In this document: positions 39,501 to 46,380 of the stretch, piece by piece
Layout of the letters: the number at the start of each line of letters is the position of its first letter
Numbering within the stretch: the first letter of the stretch is position 1
Virus record (IMG/VR): IMGVR_UViG_3300045988_175974
Reading direction: 5' to 3' (one strand)
DNA: 64,000 nt
From: a virus
Made by a program: the position numbers and the translations under genes
Notes under the pieces: generated by a model
What the model saw: the letters and a program-made list of their open reading frames with translations, nothing else
Database searches by the model: none
Told to the model about the DNA's origin: nothing

Positions 39501-39654
39501 TCACTTTCGCCTCTGCCTCCTTGTATTCCTCTGTGCCAGGCTTCATCTGCTTCATCTGATCGGTAAGTTCCTTTGCCTTATCGAGAAGGAGTTGCAGCAC
39601 TTTGATAGGCTGCTTGCCGTCCATCGTAATGATGGATTCTATTTTACCTGCCAT
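33544..39654 (-). CDS. Tail tape measure protein (2036 aa)
   Basis: Very long and helical with coiled-coil content. It has a central hydrophobic/TM-like block, a TP901-type core-like region (AYAGAKLGVQTQGGTMALAGFVRAADQVNVAL) and a C-terminal AERGPEIVIG. Confidence 0.85.
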   Translation of the reverse strand: MAGKIESIITMDGKQPIKVLQLLLDKAKELTDQMKQMKPGTEEYKEAEAKVKALQSAQVQTIKTTERLEAVVNNLGNTSLRNLRRALGEGKRKLEGLSEAEEEEAKHIRSLMKEVGDEVRLLEGKYVKIEKGLKNVRNQSDQWLSKAIVQQKELVASLEKTDTSYHHNLSTLKQLEAEEDRRKGKMGISEARQAVSDSNASVSDLRRAKATITEVRDRVPIGNASAIETYNRELQTIEERLNAVSGKAQKAAISWQQMRQVLSNPGKASGEDIKRTMDAIQQKIQQLPAGSKAVSDLRRQYAQLEQTMKGTRLSQAQINDIVARSKTGKANINELRQAYKQLEEELNFVNTKSETFANRQKELKNLKRVIDDATGAANKQGGAWHTALKNLTAYVGMFAVFNQVKTYFVDLFRLNMKFADQLTDIRKVALSTTDEIANLSRELSKIDTRTSLEELNRIAYAGAKLGVQTQGGTMALAGFVRAADQVNVALKEDLGEEALTSLAKITEVMGLVDKYGVEKAMLKTGSAIFRLAATSTASSDKIVDFSNRMLALGEQAALTTPDILALGSAVDSMALEPEVAATAFGKLVTELRKGTSPIEKSLGIATGSLKKMIESGRGMDAILTIFRKMGETKNVFALDGLFKDLGSDGARLVKTMVTMAAKNGMLTKAVEESNKAFNDGTAVTVEYNMQQETAMAYMERANNLWEKQFVSSSAAAGPVHDIAKAWFELTQELTSSLGFMTEVKLAIGLIFASVKMLLNILPTLISMLSMAGLAGAFAYVLDYAQKLSSASASLSVVWAKMVSTFNKLSLVKQAGVFGGIIGLLGILVVKLAEYTSSLNRASAGQRVLNEVQEEGKRRAMEEQEQLNRLHNVMKDTSASMKLRIDAMNQLNSAIPGLNAKINTETGAVKENTKAWDANFTRLQKYYELEGARSKLAELGRQKVDAILDLQKKEDAYANSKVQTPNGSYIQTSGGAMMPSQVQGAIGQAGQRAAAKSARDKAQRRLDDVIAQENALRDRFGAELDVATGKETGTPQHIDETGKGGKGSATTPEDDARNNISEFITKIKNFYERQKTAMVEEMTKDNVEKEIQKQVVNDLDIKLKSALAAAKQSIVLGKKTWDDFKKTMDKDRKEKDDEFGQSQSRTLLEQINAYDVSKLRADLLKQLPKIKKGKVVGYKSDERDRAYLDRQWLDASKGENSNANIIQERMEQRRKELLEHDYTKVVQENSFLGLIKSRFADVSLDSLQKDKNDVIKVLEKARTQMADLFATEGKKDNLLKFLFGENYENTPSVFLALLNDTEENVKLFYRKLIQYSDEYTEAEKKHYDEAKKISDFWWKRNQRNLANQETLRKMQQESALFGKRTNMWSNLGLGDLTADPEVELMKMKMQMAEDYYAFVFKNSKNKQLLDEADKARQEAELAYVNQMATAMKNRLSQMQQLVQPIETFGAEVGKAFAEMRNDVSSAQESIKNALKSMLESWGNMALNDVNTQMWKAINDAGAKRAKKKAQPGIDAARANANANAVKEDFSHLGTKANPMYVRLVDEGASYLTQQPQSSFENMSSRQQPIGWNPDGSPIMPGKSPAALDNAPVVPYAPTDSKQQGTQEQQNGAPHAWAHRNRDNANAFYQDAATQTGAAAADAIAGGGSWSDVAADIGGSFIGGVMNTEFKTGGGKSKEDKEKAEQLKKEKKHQKELSKEVKKGNKDREKVTTQGVKNITDVTDAGNKEQTEGTKIALNTGVAMTETALTTNLAKTQANNEAVIESDADRTRAGMTFSIAGAIGKCFDFLGPIAGPIAAAGVMATLMGLLQWALNSAFSGGKKKSNTNTKLVTGMLTYDSGNVQDLKPFVDDNGELYWMADDNDKEMGKKPFMADNGEVYWAKEDDGKQMQGVKMLTSPTATTVNGQPSLIAERGPEIVIGRETTHAMMMNNPGLLKALVNYDRNYSGRNSARRAFDNGNVGDVLAAGTQAGNGNLLPGASAADGLLAASAASNAALLQAVNALIQRLNEPISAKINMFGRGELYDSLNKANQFMKNK

Positions 39655-39674
39655 AATCTTTTTCTTTTAAAATA

Positions 39675-40238
39675 TTATTCTCTCTTGATTCCGTCATCCT
39701 CCAGCGCCTTCGCTATCTGCATGATAGCCTGCCAGCCGTAGTAATCGGCAAGATGGTTCTCGTATCTCGTTTTCAGTCTGCGAATGGTTCGCATGATAGC
39801 CGGACGGTGAGATTTACCTTCCCTTCTATCCCACTTTCTGATATATCGGGTGTTGTACTTCGCCTTCCTTGCTCGGTCCACCTTGTCAGCCGTGATATGA
39901 GCTTCTGGGTCGTGAGGATTTCCGGTCAAACCTACACCAATATCCACGAACTTCAGATAATCGTTGTAGCGAATACCTACGGTGAGTTCACCCGTCTCCT
40001 CATTAGCCTGATATACTGTACCCTCGAAGGATTTTGCACCATCGCCTCTTGACCACCACATGTGGTGCTTTCTCCGGTACTGATTCACCTTCTCATAGCC
40101 GCGATATACCTCTGTAGGGTAGATACGCTGCTTCTGAAAGTTCAACTGAATATCGAGCAAAGCCTGCTTGAGATAGATTCCTGCTACATCTTTTAAAGGT
40201 GCAAAAGGCGATTGGATGGGTTTAGTCTTGATTCCCAT
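39675..40238 (-). CDS. Hypothetical tail-module protein (187 aa)
   Basis: Track ORF immediately upstream of the tape measure gene, in the position of a chaperone. Confidence 0.5.
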   Translation of the reverse strand: MGIKTKPIQSPFAPLKDVAGIYLKQALLDIQLNFQKQRIYPTEVYRGYEKVNQYRRKHHMWWSRGDGAKSFEGTVYQANEETGELTVGIRYNDYLKFVDIGVGLTGNPHDPEAHITADKVDRARKAKYNTRYIRKWDRREGKSHRPAIMRTIRRLKTRYENHLADYYGWQAIMQIAKALEDDGIKRE

Positions 40239-40252
40239 AAGCCGTTTCCTTT

Positions 40253-40840
40253 CTATTTAGTTGATGCAGGAATGATATATTTCTGCTCCTTTTCACATTG
40301 GAAGTTATAGAGCGGACGGATGGTCTGCCAATAGCAATCGGCAAGGAGCCAGCTCGGTCCACGGAAAAGAGGGTTTACACCATAGGCGAAACTCTCTATA
40401 TCGACAGATGATAACTCGATGCCCAATTTAGGCTCTTCCGTCTTGAAGTTTCTGCCAGTGATAGGACAGATACCTGTGCGGCGAAGCTGAGTGAGATAAG
40501 AGGCGAGGTCTTCGCAATACTCCATCAGATCATCCGATGCAGCCTGCAATTTGCTACCATCATATCTGCCCAATGTAGCAGAGGAATCTTTCAGTCGGGT
40601 AAGGAAACAGACCTGATAAGTAATCAGGGCTTGCTTATCCGATTTCAACTCTCCGGAGTTCACTACACGATAGAGCATACAGGGAGAGTGAATGATATTG
40701 GCGTTTCGGGAAAAGATATTTTCCTCATCAATATCACGAATGCGAAAGAAACTCTGATCCTCCAGCTTCTTGCTTGTCGGGTCATGGGATAAGGGCTTGT
40801 ATATCGTAGCCCAATGTTCCAAAACATCTGATATTGTCAT
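40253..40840 (-). CDS. Hypothetical tail-module protein (195 aa)
   Basis: Track ORF. Positional candidate for the tail tube protein. Confidence 0.5.
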   Translation of the reverse strand: MTISDVLEHWATIYKPLSHDPTSKKLEDQSFFRIRDIDEENIFSRNANIIHSPCMLYRVVNSGELKSDKQALITYQVCFLTRLKDSSATLGRYDGSKLQAASDDLMEYCEDLASYLTQLRRTGICPITGRNFKTEEPKLGIELSSVDIESFAYGVNPLFRGPSWLLADCYWQTIRPLYNFQCEKEQKYIIPASTK

Positions 40841-40904
40841 AATTCAAAGAGATTTTAACACATTATTAACTGATAGCGTACAGAAATTAAGAGATATTGG
40901 CACA

Positions 40905-41504
40905 TTACATGCCCATTACTGGGTCAGCAGGTTTCTGCGGAATCCAGTCGTCATTATCATCTTCTTTCTTCTTATCCTCTTCCGGAGTAGCCTCTTCCTT
41001 GTTGCCCTCTTCTTCTTCCTTCATCAAGTCTTTCAGCTTCACATTGAAGTGCCTTTCGGTTTTATCAGCCACAATCTTCTGCATCACTCTTGCCCAGGGT
41101 GCCCCATTGCAGGTACTCTCGTTTTCGAGGATGCTCACGAGCTGTACACCGCAGTAGATAGCAGCAAGATAGTTGGCGAGATGGAGAGGGTTCTGAAAAT
41201 CGAGTATCACGGTATCTACCATCGTAGCCAAGAATATCGCAAGGATGAGGACGGAGAAATCTTTCACCATCTTTGCCATTTTCTTAGATTTCAGTTTGCC
41301 GTCGATTTTACATCGAGGGTCTTTCTTGATTGCCTCCCGATAGCGGGAATAGATGCGGCAGTTGCACCGCCACGCCGTATAGCAGTCGCAGATAAGGGCG
41401 AAGAAGCATACGGCGATGTAATTAAGAGATGGTTCCAGGGTACACCACACTAAGCCGATAATGGCTGCAAGAAACCTGGTAAGGGTCGGAATTAAACTTT
41501 GCAT
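40905..41504 (-). CDS. Holin-like membrane protein (199 aa)
   Basis: Three predicted TM segments. GVQLVSILENESTCNGAPW resembles the SIlENl..g.P block of the phage_holin_4_1 family. The C-terminal tail is highly charged. Confidence 0.5.
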   Translation of the reverse strand: MQSLIPTLTRFLAAIIGLVWCTLEPSLNYIAVCFFALICDCYTAWRCNCRIYSRYREAIKKDPRCKIDGKLKSKKMAKMVKDFSVLILAIFLATMVDTVILDFQNPLHLANYLAAIYCGVQLVSILENESTCNGAPWARVMQKIVADKTERHFNVKLKDLMKEEEEGNKEEATPEEDKKKEDDNDDWIPQKPADPVMGM

Positions 41505-41550
41505 TTCTTTTTTCTTTTTAATGTTATCCTATGTTGTCTTAATACTATTG

Positions 41551-41587
41551 CAAAAGTATCGGTTTTTAATTGAGAGATGGGGACAAA
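41551..41587 (-). promoter_or_regulatory. Late-type promoter P5 (holin-tail-tape measure operon)
   Basis: TTTGTCCCCA-N20-TACTTTTG, 25-nt gap. Confidence 0.7.
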
Positions 41588-41595
41588 GGGATTTT

Positions 41596-41632
41596 CTTGT
41601 CCCAATCATTTAGGAGCGATTTCGTAATTTTG
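41596..41632 (+). promoter_or_regulatory. Late-type promoter P6 (packaging operon), back-to-back with P5
   Basis: Plus strand: CTTGTCCCAA-N20-TAATTTTG, 25-nt gap. Confidence 0.6.
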
Positions 41633-41682
41633 CAATCAGATGTACGGATGGTATATAGACTTCCGTGGTCCGGGGTTTTTGA

Positions 41683-41708
41683 ACACGAATGACACGAATG
41701 ACACGAAT
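41683..41708 (+). repeat. Three tandem 9-bp units in the leader of the packaging operon
   Basis: ACACGAATG ACACGAATG ACACGAAT, located between P6 and the ATG at 41765. Confidence 0.9.
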
Positions 41709-41764
41709 TTCGTTTTTCGATGCCCCACCAATTATACATTTTATACATTAAACATTAATAAGGA

Positions 41765-42550
41765 ATGAGCCAATTAACGCAAAACACCCTGCAGAGGATA
41801 GACAAATGGCTATCAAATGGTCTCAGCATGGAGACGATGTTCCCCAAACTGGAACAGCGGTACCGCATGCAGATTTGTGCCGAGTTCTACAAGCGATGGG
41901 TGCAGAACAACGATATAGACCCTCGTACCACCTGCCGCAATATCGCACGGCGCGATTATACGCTCTTCGTGAACCAAGCAGGACAGGGCAACAAGGAGGC
42001 GCAGGAAATGGTGATGGCGCTGCATATTGATATTGACGAGGAAGGCAATATCAAACCCCGAACGGTTACGGAACTGAATAATGATGTGGCGGTATGCAAC
42101 CACATTATCCGTTTTTTTCAGACCGATGAAAGCCCTCGCCACAAGGCGATGTATCTGAGCAGCGCTGAATGGCTCATCCGCACGGGCAAGCAGCAGAACA
42201 ACGACCGCGCGGTGGATAAGGGTATGCAAGCCCTGGCTAATGTATATGGTAACTTCGTGGAGGATAAGGATGCTACGGATGAGATGCCAGATATGAGCCG
42301 CATTGCCATTACCCAGGATGTGAGCATCGTGAAGCACGACCGCATCAACTATACCGATGAGTATAAGCGCAAGATGGCTCGCAAGTACGGTTTGACGGTG
42401 AAGGATATGCAGCAGATAGCCGATGAGGAGAGTCTGAATGCTACTCCGGAAAAAGCTCCTGATTACTTCGACTACATGGAAGAGGTGATGGAAGAGAAGG
42501 AGGCTGACAAAAAGGCTAAAGAAATGAAGGAGGAACCAGCCGATGAGTAA
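41765..42550 (+). CDS. Hypothetical protein (261 aa), positional small-terminase candidate
   Basis: First gene of the plus-strand packaging operon. No motif recognised. Confidence 0.35.
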   Translation: MSQLTQNTLQRIDKWLSNGLSMETMFPKLEQRYRMQICAEFYKRWVQNNDIDPRTTCRNIARRDYTLFVNQAGQGNKEAQEMVMALHIDIDEEGNIKPRTVTELNNDVAVCNHIIRFFQTDESPRHKAMYLSSAEWLIRTGKQQNNDRAVDKGMQALANVYGNFVEDKDATDEMPDMSRIAITQDVSIVKHDRINYTDEYKRKMARKYGLTVKDMQQIADEESLNATPEKAPDYFDYMEEVMEEKEADKKAKEMKEEPADE

Positions 42551-42782
42551 GCGATACGGAAATCATCATCCCAACAAGATACCTCCCTTCCGTCCTGATC
42601 CGGAACACTGGACGAGGAAAAGCAGCCACGGTTGGAAAGCCAAGGTTGCCTACGAGAGTGAGGATGAAGCCTGCGAGTTCCTGCACCTGCACCCTAAAAT
42701 CATGGCTGCCGGATATACGGCTTATCAGTGCAAGGTTTGCTCGAAATGGCACATTGGGAAATTAAGAGTTGATAGTTTATAA
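42543..42782 (+). CDS. Small protein (79 aa) with a C-terminal CxxC
   Basis: Track ORF overlapping the upstream gene by 8 nt. Contains YQCKVCSKWH. Confidence 0.45.
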   Translation: MSKRYGNHHPNKIPPFRPDPEHWTRKSSHGWKAKVAYESEDEACEFLHLHPKIMAAGYTAYQCKVCSKWHIGKLRVDSL

Positions 42783-42799
42783 TTTATAGTTTATAGAGG

Positions 42800-43569
42800 A
42801 TGGAGTTAAATAAGATATATAATGAAGATTGCCTGGTAGGAATGAAAAAGATTCCGAACGCAAGCGTGGATTGCATTATCTGCGATTTGCCGTATGGCGT
42901 TCTCAATAAAAAGAGTGAGGGCGGTGGCTGGGATAGCATTATCCCGCTTGAGCCATTATGGAAGGAATATCTGCGCATAACCAAACCCAATGCAGCGATT
43001 ATTCTTTTCTGCCAGGGTATGTTTACCGCACAACTTATGATGTCACAGCCGAAACTCTGGAAATATAATCTTATTTGGAGCAAGCAGCGGGTAACAGGCT
43101 TTCTGAATGCCAACAAGATGCCTCTGCGCTCGCATGAGGATATTGCAGTATTCTATCGGAAACAACCTATCTACAATCCTCAGATGGTTAAATGTGCTCC
43201 ACATCAAAGGAACCATCGAAGGGGCGATGGCTCTCATAGTTTGAAGCGAGGTTGTTATGGCGATCATAAAGAAGTGCCTACTATCGTATCAGATGAAAAA
43301 TTCCCTAAGAGCATTATCTGCTTTGATAAAGAACATTCTGCCGATACCTTCCACCCCACTCAAAAGCCAGTAGCTCTTATCCAGTATCTTATATGTACTT
43401 ATACCAATGTGGGGGGTGCGTTCTTGATAACTGCATGGGCAGCGGCACTACCGCCATCGCCTGTATCAGGGAAAAGAGGAACTTCATCGGATTTGAATTA
43501 AACAAAGAATATTACGACAAGGCTTGTAAGCGCATTCAGCTTGAAATGATGCAGCCTTCTCTGTTTTAA
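42800..43569 (+). pseudogene. N6-adenine/N4-cytosine DNA methyltransferase (beta class), frameshifted at a G6 tract
   Basis: DCIICDLPYGV (motif IV) and HPTQKPVALIQYLI are in the frame of the track ORF. After GGGGGG (43411-43416) the -1 frame reads VLDNCMGSGTTAIACIREKRNFIGFELNKEYYDKACKRI (motif I) down to the TAA at 43567-43569. One extra G would give an intact 256-aa enzyme. Confidence 0.85.
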
Positions 43570-43604
43570 AATCAACATACATTCAGGATAACATTTTTAT
43601 TATT

Positions 43605-45605
43605 ATGCAACAACCACATTTGATATACCTAACCAAATTCCAGCAGCAGTCATTATATATGGCTGCGAAGGATGAAAGGGTGATTGCCGCAAGACGTGTG
43701 GGTAAAACCGACGGTCTTGTGGCTCCATACGTCTGGATGGCTTCTAACTCTATGCCCGGTATGCTGGGAGCCTGGGTAGCCGTATCACGACAGCAGGGAT
43801 TCGGCAAAACTATTCCTGGTACCATGGCTGCCATGAAACGAATGTTCGGCTTTACGCAGGGCATTCATTTCGGTTGGGGACGACCACCGAAGCACGCTCG
43901 TGAGGCTATCTTTAAGCCGAAAAACTATGACAATATCATTTGGTTTGCCAATGGTGCCCAGTGGGTGCTCATCTCCCTCTCGCAGACCGCAAGTGCCAAC
44001 AGCTACACTTTTTCGGCGATGGTAGGTGACGAGGCAAGATTCTTCCCTTACAAGAAAGTAACCGATGAGTTGATGCCGGCGTTATCAGGCCAGACTCACC
44101 CTTTGGGCAACATCAACTTTACTGATTACAACCCGCTCTATAAATCGACGAGATTCCTATCTGATGCTTCGCTTACCACCAAGGGTAGTTGGTTGGAGCG
44201 TGAGGAGGAGAAGCTTGACCTTACAATAGAATCAGGTAAATTTCAAGGCAAGACTTACAGATGGGTGCAGGAGCAGTTGGAAGACTATGCAAACAAGATT
44301 ATCCGTTACAACGACCTTATTTATAATGCCAAAAAGACCGGGCATATCCCTCATGCCGTGCCACCCGATTTGAGATTGATGATACGTGCCATCGCCCTCA
44401 AGATGATTAAGCACGAGGGACAGTTTAAGATTCTGCCGAACCACGGCAACCAGCTCACAAAGAACATGGTGGATATGGCGGTAAACTATAAGCTGGTGGA
44501 TACAGCGGATGCGGAACTCATCTATGATTACGAATATCTAGTAACTGATGAAGAATGGTGGGAGATGCAGATGTTCGACAAATCAAAAGAGTTTCGGGAA
44601 GACGAACTGAGAGAGCTTCGCCGCTCGGCATTCCTCGTTCGCCGTGCCTCTACTCTCTCTAATGTGGACTTATTGAGTGAGGATTACATCCGACAGATGC
44701 GCAGAGATTTGCCTAATTACACCTTCATGGTCAGTATTTTGAACGTAAAAATCAAGAAATCGAACGATGGTTTCTATTCTAATCTGGATATAGATCATGT
44801 TCATGGTTACACCTGCGATGAGATAGACCCCCTTTCACAAGCCAACTGGAGCACTCAGAAGGCTACGGGCATCATCGGCGGTAAGAAGATTACTTCAGAA
44901 AGTTATCAGCCGGATTTGAAGGAGCTGTCCGAAAGAAACGATTGTCGTATGGATGCCGACTGTGTGAACGACCTTCCTCTCTATCTCGCATTTGATTATA
45001 ATGCGAATATCAACACCCTGGTGGTAGGTCAAGTATATCAGCGTGACGGAGTGGAGGCAGTGAATGTAATCAAAAGCTTCTATGTGAAGAACGAGCGCAA
45101 GCTGAGAGAGTTGGTAGATGATTTCTCGCATTACTATGCTCCGAAGAGATCCGTGAACCGTGATGTGGTTTACTTCTACGATGCCACCGCCAAGCAAGGT
45201 GCCTCGTATGCACTGACTGATGAGAGATTCTATCAGGCTGTAATTAAAGAGTTGGAGCGTAATGGATGGAATGTTACGGCAATAGATATGGGTGTGCCGG
45301 AGAAGCACGAGGTGAAGCATCGCATCATCAATAATGGTCTTGCCGGCATAGAATATCCTGCCATCCGTATCAATCAGCCCAACAATCCCGACCTGATTAT
45401 TGCCCTGCAGCTTTGTGAAGTTAGCATCGGCTACCAGGGATTCCGAAAGGATAAGAGCCAGGAGAAGAAAGCGGAGACTGAAGACAACCTGCCGTTGCAG
45501 CAGCGTACCGACTTCACTGATGCCTTCGACTCGCTATATCTGGGATGCAAATTCTGGCGAGGAAATATCGGTTGGTTCGTACTGCCGGACGGAAGGAACG
45601 TTTAA
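43605..45605 (+). CDS. terL: Terminase large subunit
   Basis: 666 aa. Walker A-like AARRVGKTDG, Walker B-like MVGDEARFF. It is followed by a strong terminator. Confidence 0.8.
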   Translation: MQQPHLIYLTKFQQQSLYMAAKDERVIAARRVGKTDGLVAPYVWMASNSMPGMLGAWVAVSRQQGFGKTIPGTMAAMKRMFGFTQGIHFGWGRPPKHAREAIFKPKNYDNIIWFANGAQWVLISLSQTASANSYTFSAMVGDEARFFPYKKVTDELMPALSGQTHPLGNINFTDYNPLYKSTRFLSDASLTTKGSWLEREEEKLDLTIESGKFQGKTYRWVQEQLEDYANKIIRYNDLIYNAKKTGHIPHAVPPDLRLMIRAIALKMIKHEGQFKILPNHGNQLTKNMVDMAVNYKLVDTADAELIYDYEYLVTDEEWWEMQMFDKSKEFREDELRELRRSAFLVRRASTLSNVDLLSEDYIRQMRRDLPNYTFMVSILNVKIKKSNDGFYSNLDIDHVHGYTCDEIDPLSQANWSTQKATGIIGGKKITSESYQPDLKELSERNDCRMDADCVNDLPLYLAFDYNANINTLVVGQVYQRDGVEAVNVIKSFYVKNERKLRELVDDFSHYYAPKRSVNRDVVYFYDATAKQGASYALTDERFYQAVIKELERNGWNVTAIDMGVPEKHEVKHRIINNGLAGIEYPAIRINQPNNPDLIIALQLCEVSIGYQGFRKDKSQEKKAETEDNLPLQQRTDFTDAFDSLYLGCKFWRGNIGWFVLPDGRNV

Positions 45606-45635
45606 CTAAATGTTGAATGCTGAATGTTTATAGAT

Positions 45636-45678
45636 AAAAGGGCGGATGTCATCACGACACCCGCCCTTCTGCGTTTTT
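45636..45678. terminator. Bidirectional intrinsic terminator (terminase operon / minus-strand spacer transcript)
   Basis: AAAAGGGCGGatgtcatcacgacaCCCGCCCTTCTGCGTTTTT: a GC stem flanked by an A-run and a T-run. Confidence 0.8.
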
Positions 45679-45699
45679 GGAAATTAATACATTATCTAT

Positions 45700-45892
45700 A
45701 TATATAAGAAATATCTAAAAAGTAAATGGGAAAAGGCTCCCCCGCTTCGCAGTGAAGAAGCCCTATAATCATTATGAATACTTAAACAGTAAATTGCTGT
45801 TTATGAACGGCTGCAACTCCTTGCAGTCTGGTAATTACACAAACCTAATAACTCATTAAATATTTAGAATGAAAAACAAAATTATTTATTTC
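45700..45892 (-). ncRNA. Candidate small non-coding transcript downstream of P7
   Basis: There is a promoter but no ORF longer than 26 codons. Internal hairpins are CTGCAAggagTTGCAG and GGCTTCTTCACTGCGAAGCGGGGGAGCC followed by TTTTCCC. A second, stronger terminator lies at 45636-45678. The ends given are estimates. Confidence 0.25.
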
Positions 45893-45898
45893 TGCTTG

Positions 45899-45935
45899 CA
45901 AAGTTACGAAATTATTTTTAGGTGGCGGGGACAAG
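45899..45935 (-). promoter_or_regulatory. Late-type promoter P7, orphan (no ORF downstream)
   Basis: CTTGTCCCCG-N20-TAACTTTG, 25-nt gap. It points into the ORF-free 45.6-45.9 kb spacer. Confidence 0.5.
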
Positions 45936-45943
45936 GTATCGCC

Positions 45944-46303
45944 TCAAAGCCTCTTTACCAGCAGCAGCGGACCGCCTATGCCACAAGCCGTCACCACGTA
46001 GCCAAGGCGCTTATACCACTGGAGAACGAAAGACTCACTCTCCTTGTCATATTCCAACTGCACAGACTTGCATCCTAATTTCTTGGCTTCCTTCTCCGCA
46101 GTCTCCATCAGAAGGCGTGCCACACCCTGCTTGCGATATTTCTCATCCACCCAAAGGTTATAGATGGCGCAATCGGCATGCTGATAATATTTATCCTTAT
46201 ACTCTCCAGGCTTCGGTATCTCCACCTGCACGGTGCCATGATTGATTTCATCCACGGCCACGATTTTCTTGTCACATTTCCAATCTTGAATCTGTATCAT
46301 CAT
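45944..46303 (-). CDS. GNAT-family N-acetyltransferase (119 aa)
   Basis: VDEKYRKQGVARLLMETAEKEAKKLGCKSVQL is GNAT motif A (R/Q-x-x-G-x-A/G). Confidence 0.75.
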   Translation of the reverse strand: MMIQIQDWKCDKKIVAVDEINHGTVQVEIPKPGEYKDKYYQHADCAIYNLWVDEKYRKQGVARLLMETAEKEAKKLGCKSVQLEYDKESESFVLQWYKRLGYVVTACGIGGPLLLVKRL

Positions 46304-46350
46304 ATCTGTTTGATTTAGAAAATTTCTTCTACCATATTATTCACTTTTTA

Positions 46351-46380
46351 GGACCAGCGATAGAATCGCTGGGGACGGGA
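46351..46380 (-). repeat. Hairpin element copy 6
   Basis: ggaCCAGCGATagaATCGCTGGggacggga. It abuts the stop at 46381 and lies 49 nt upstream of the GNAT ATG. Confidence 0.95.
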
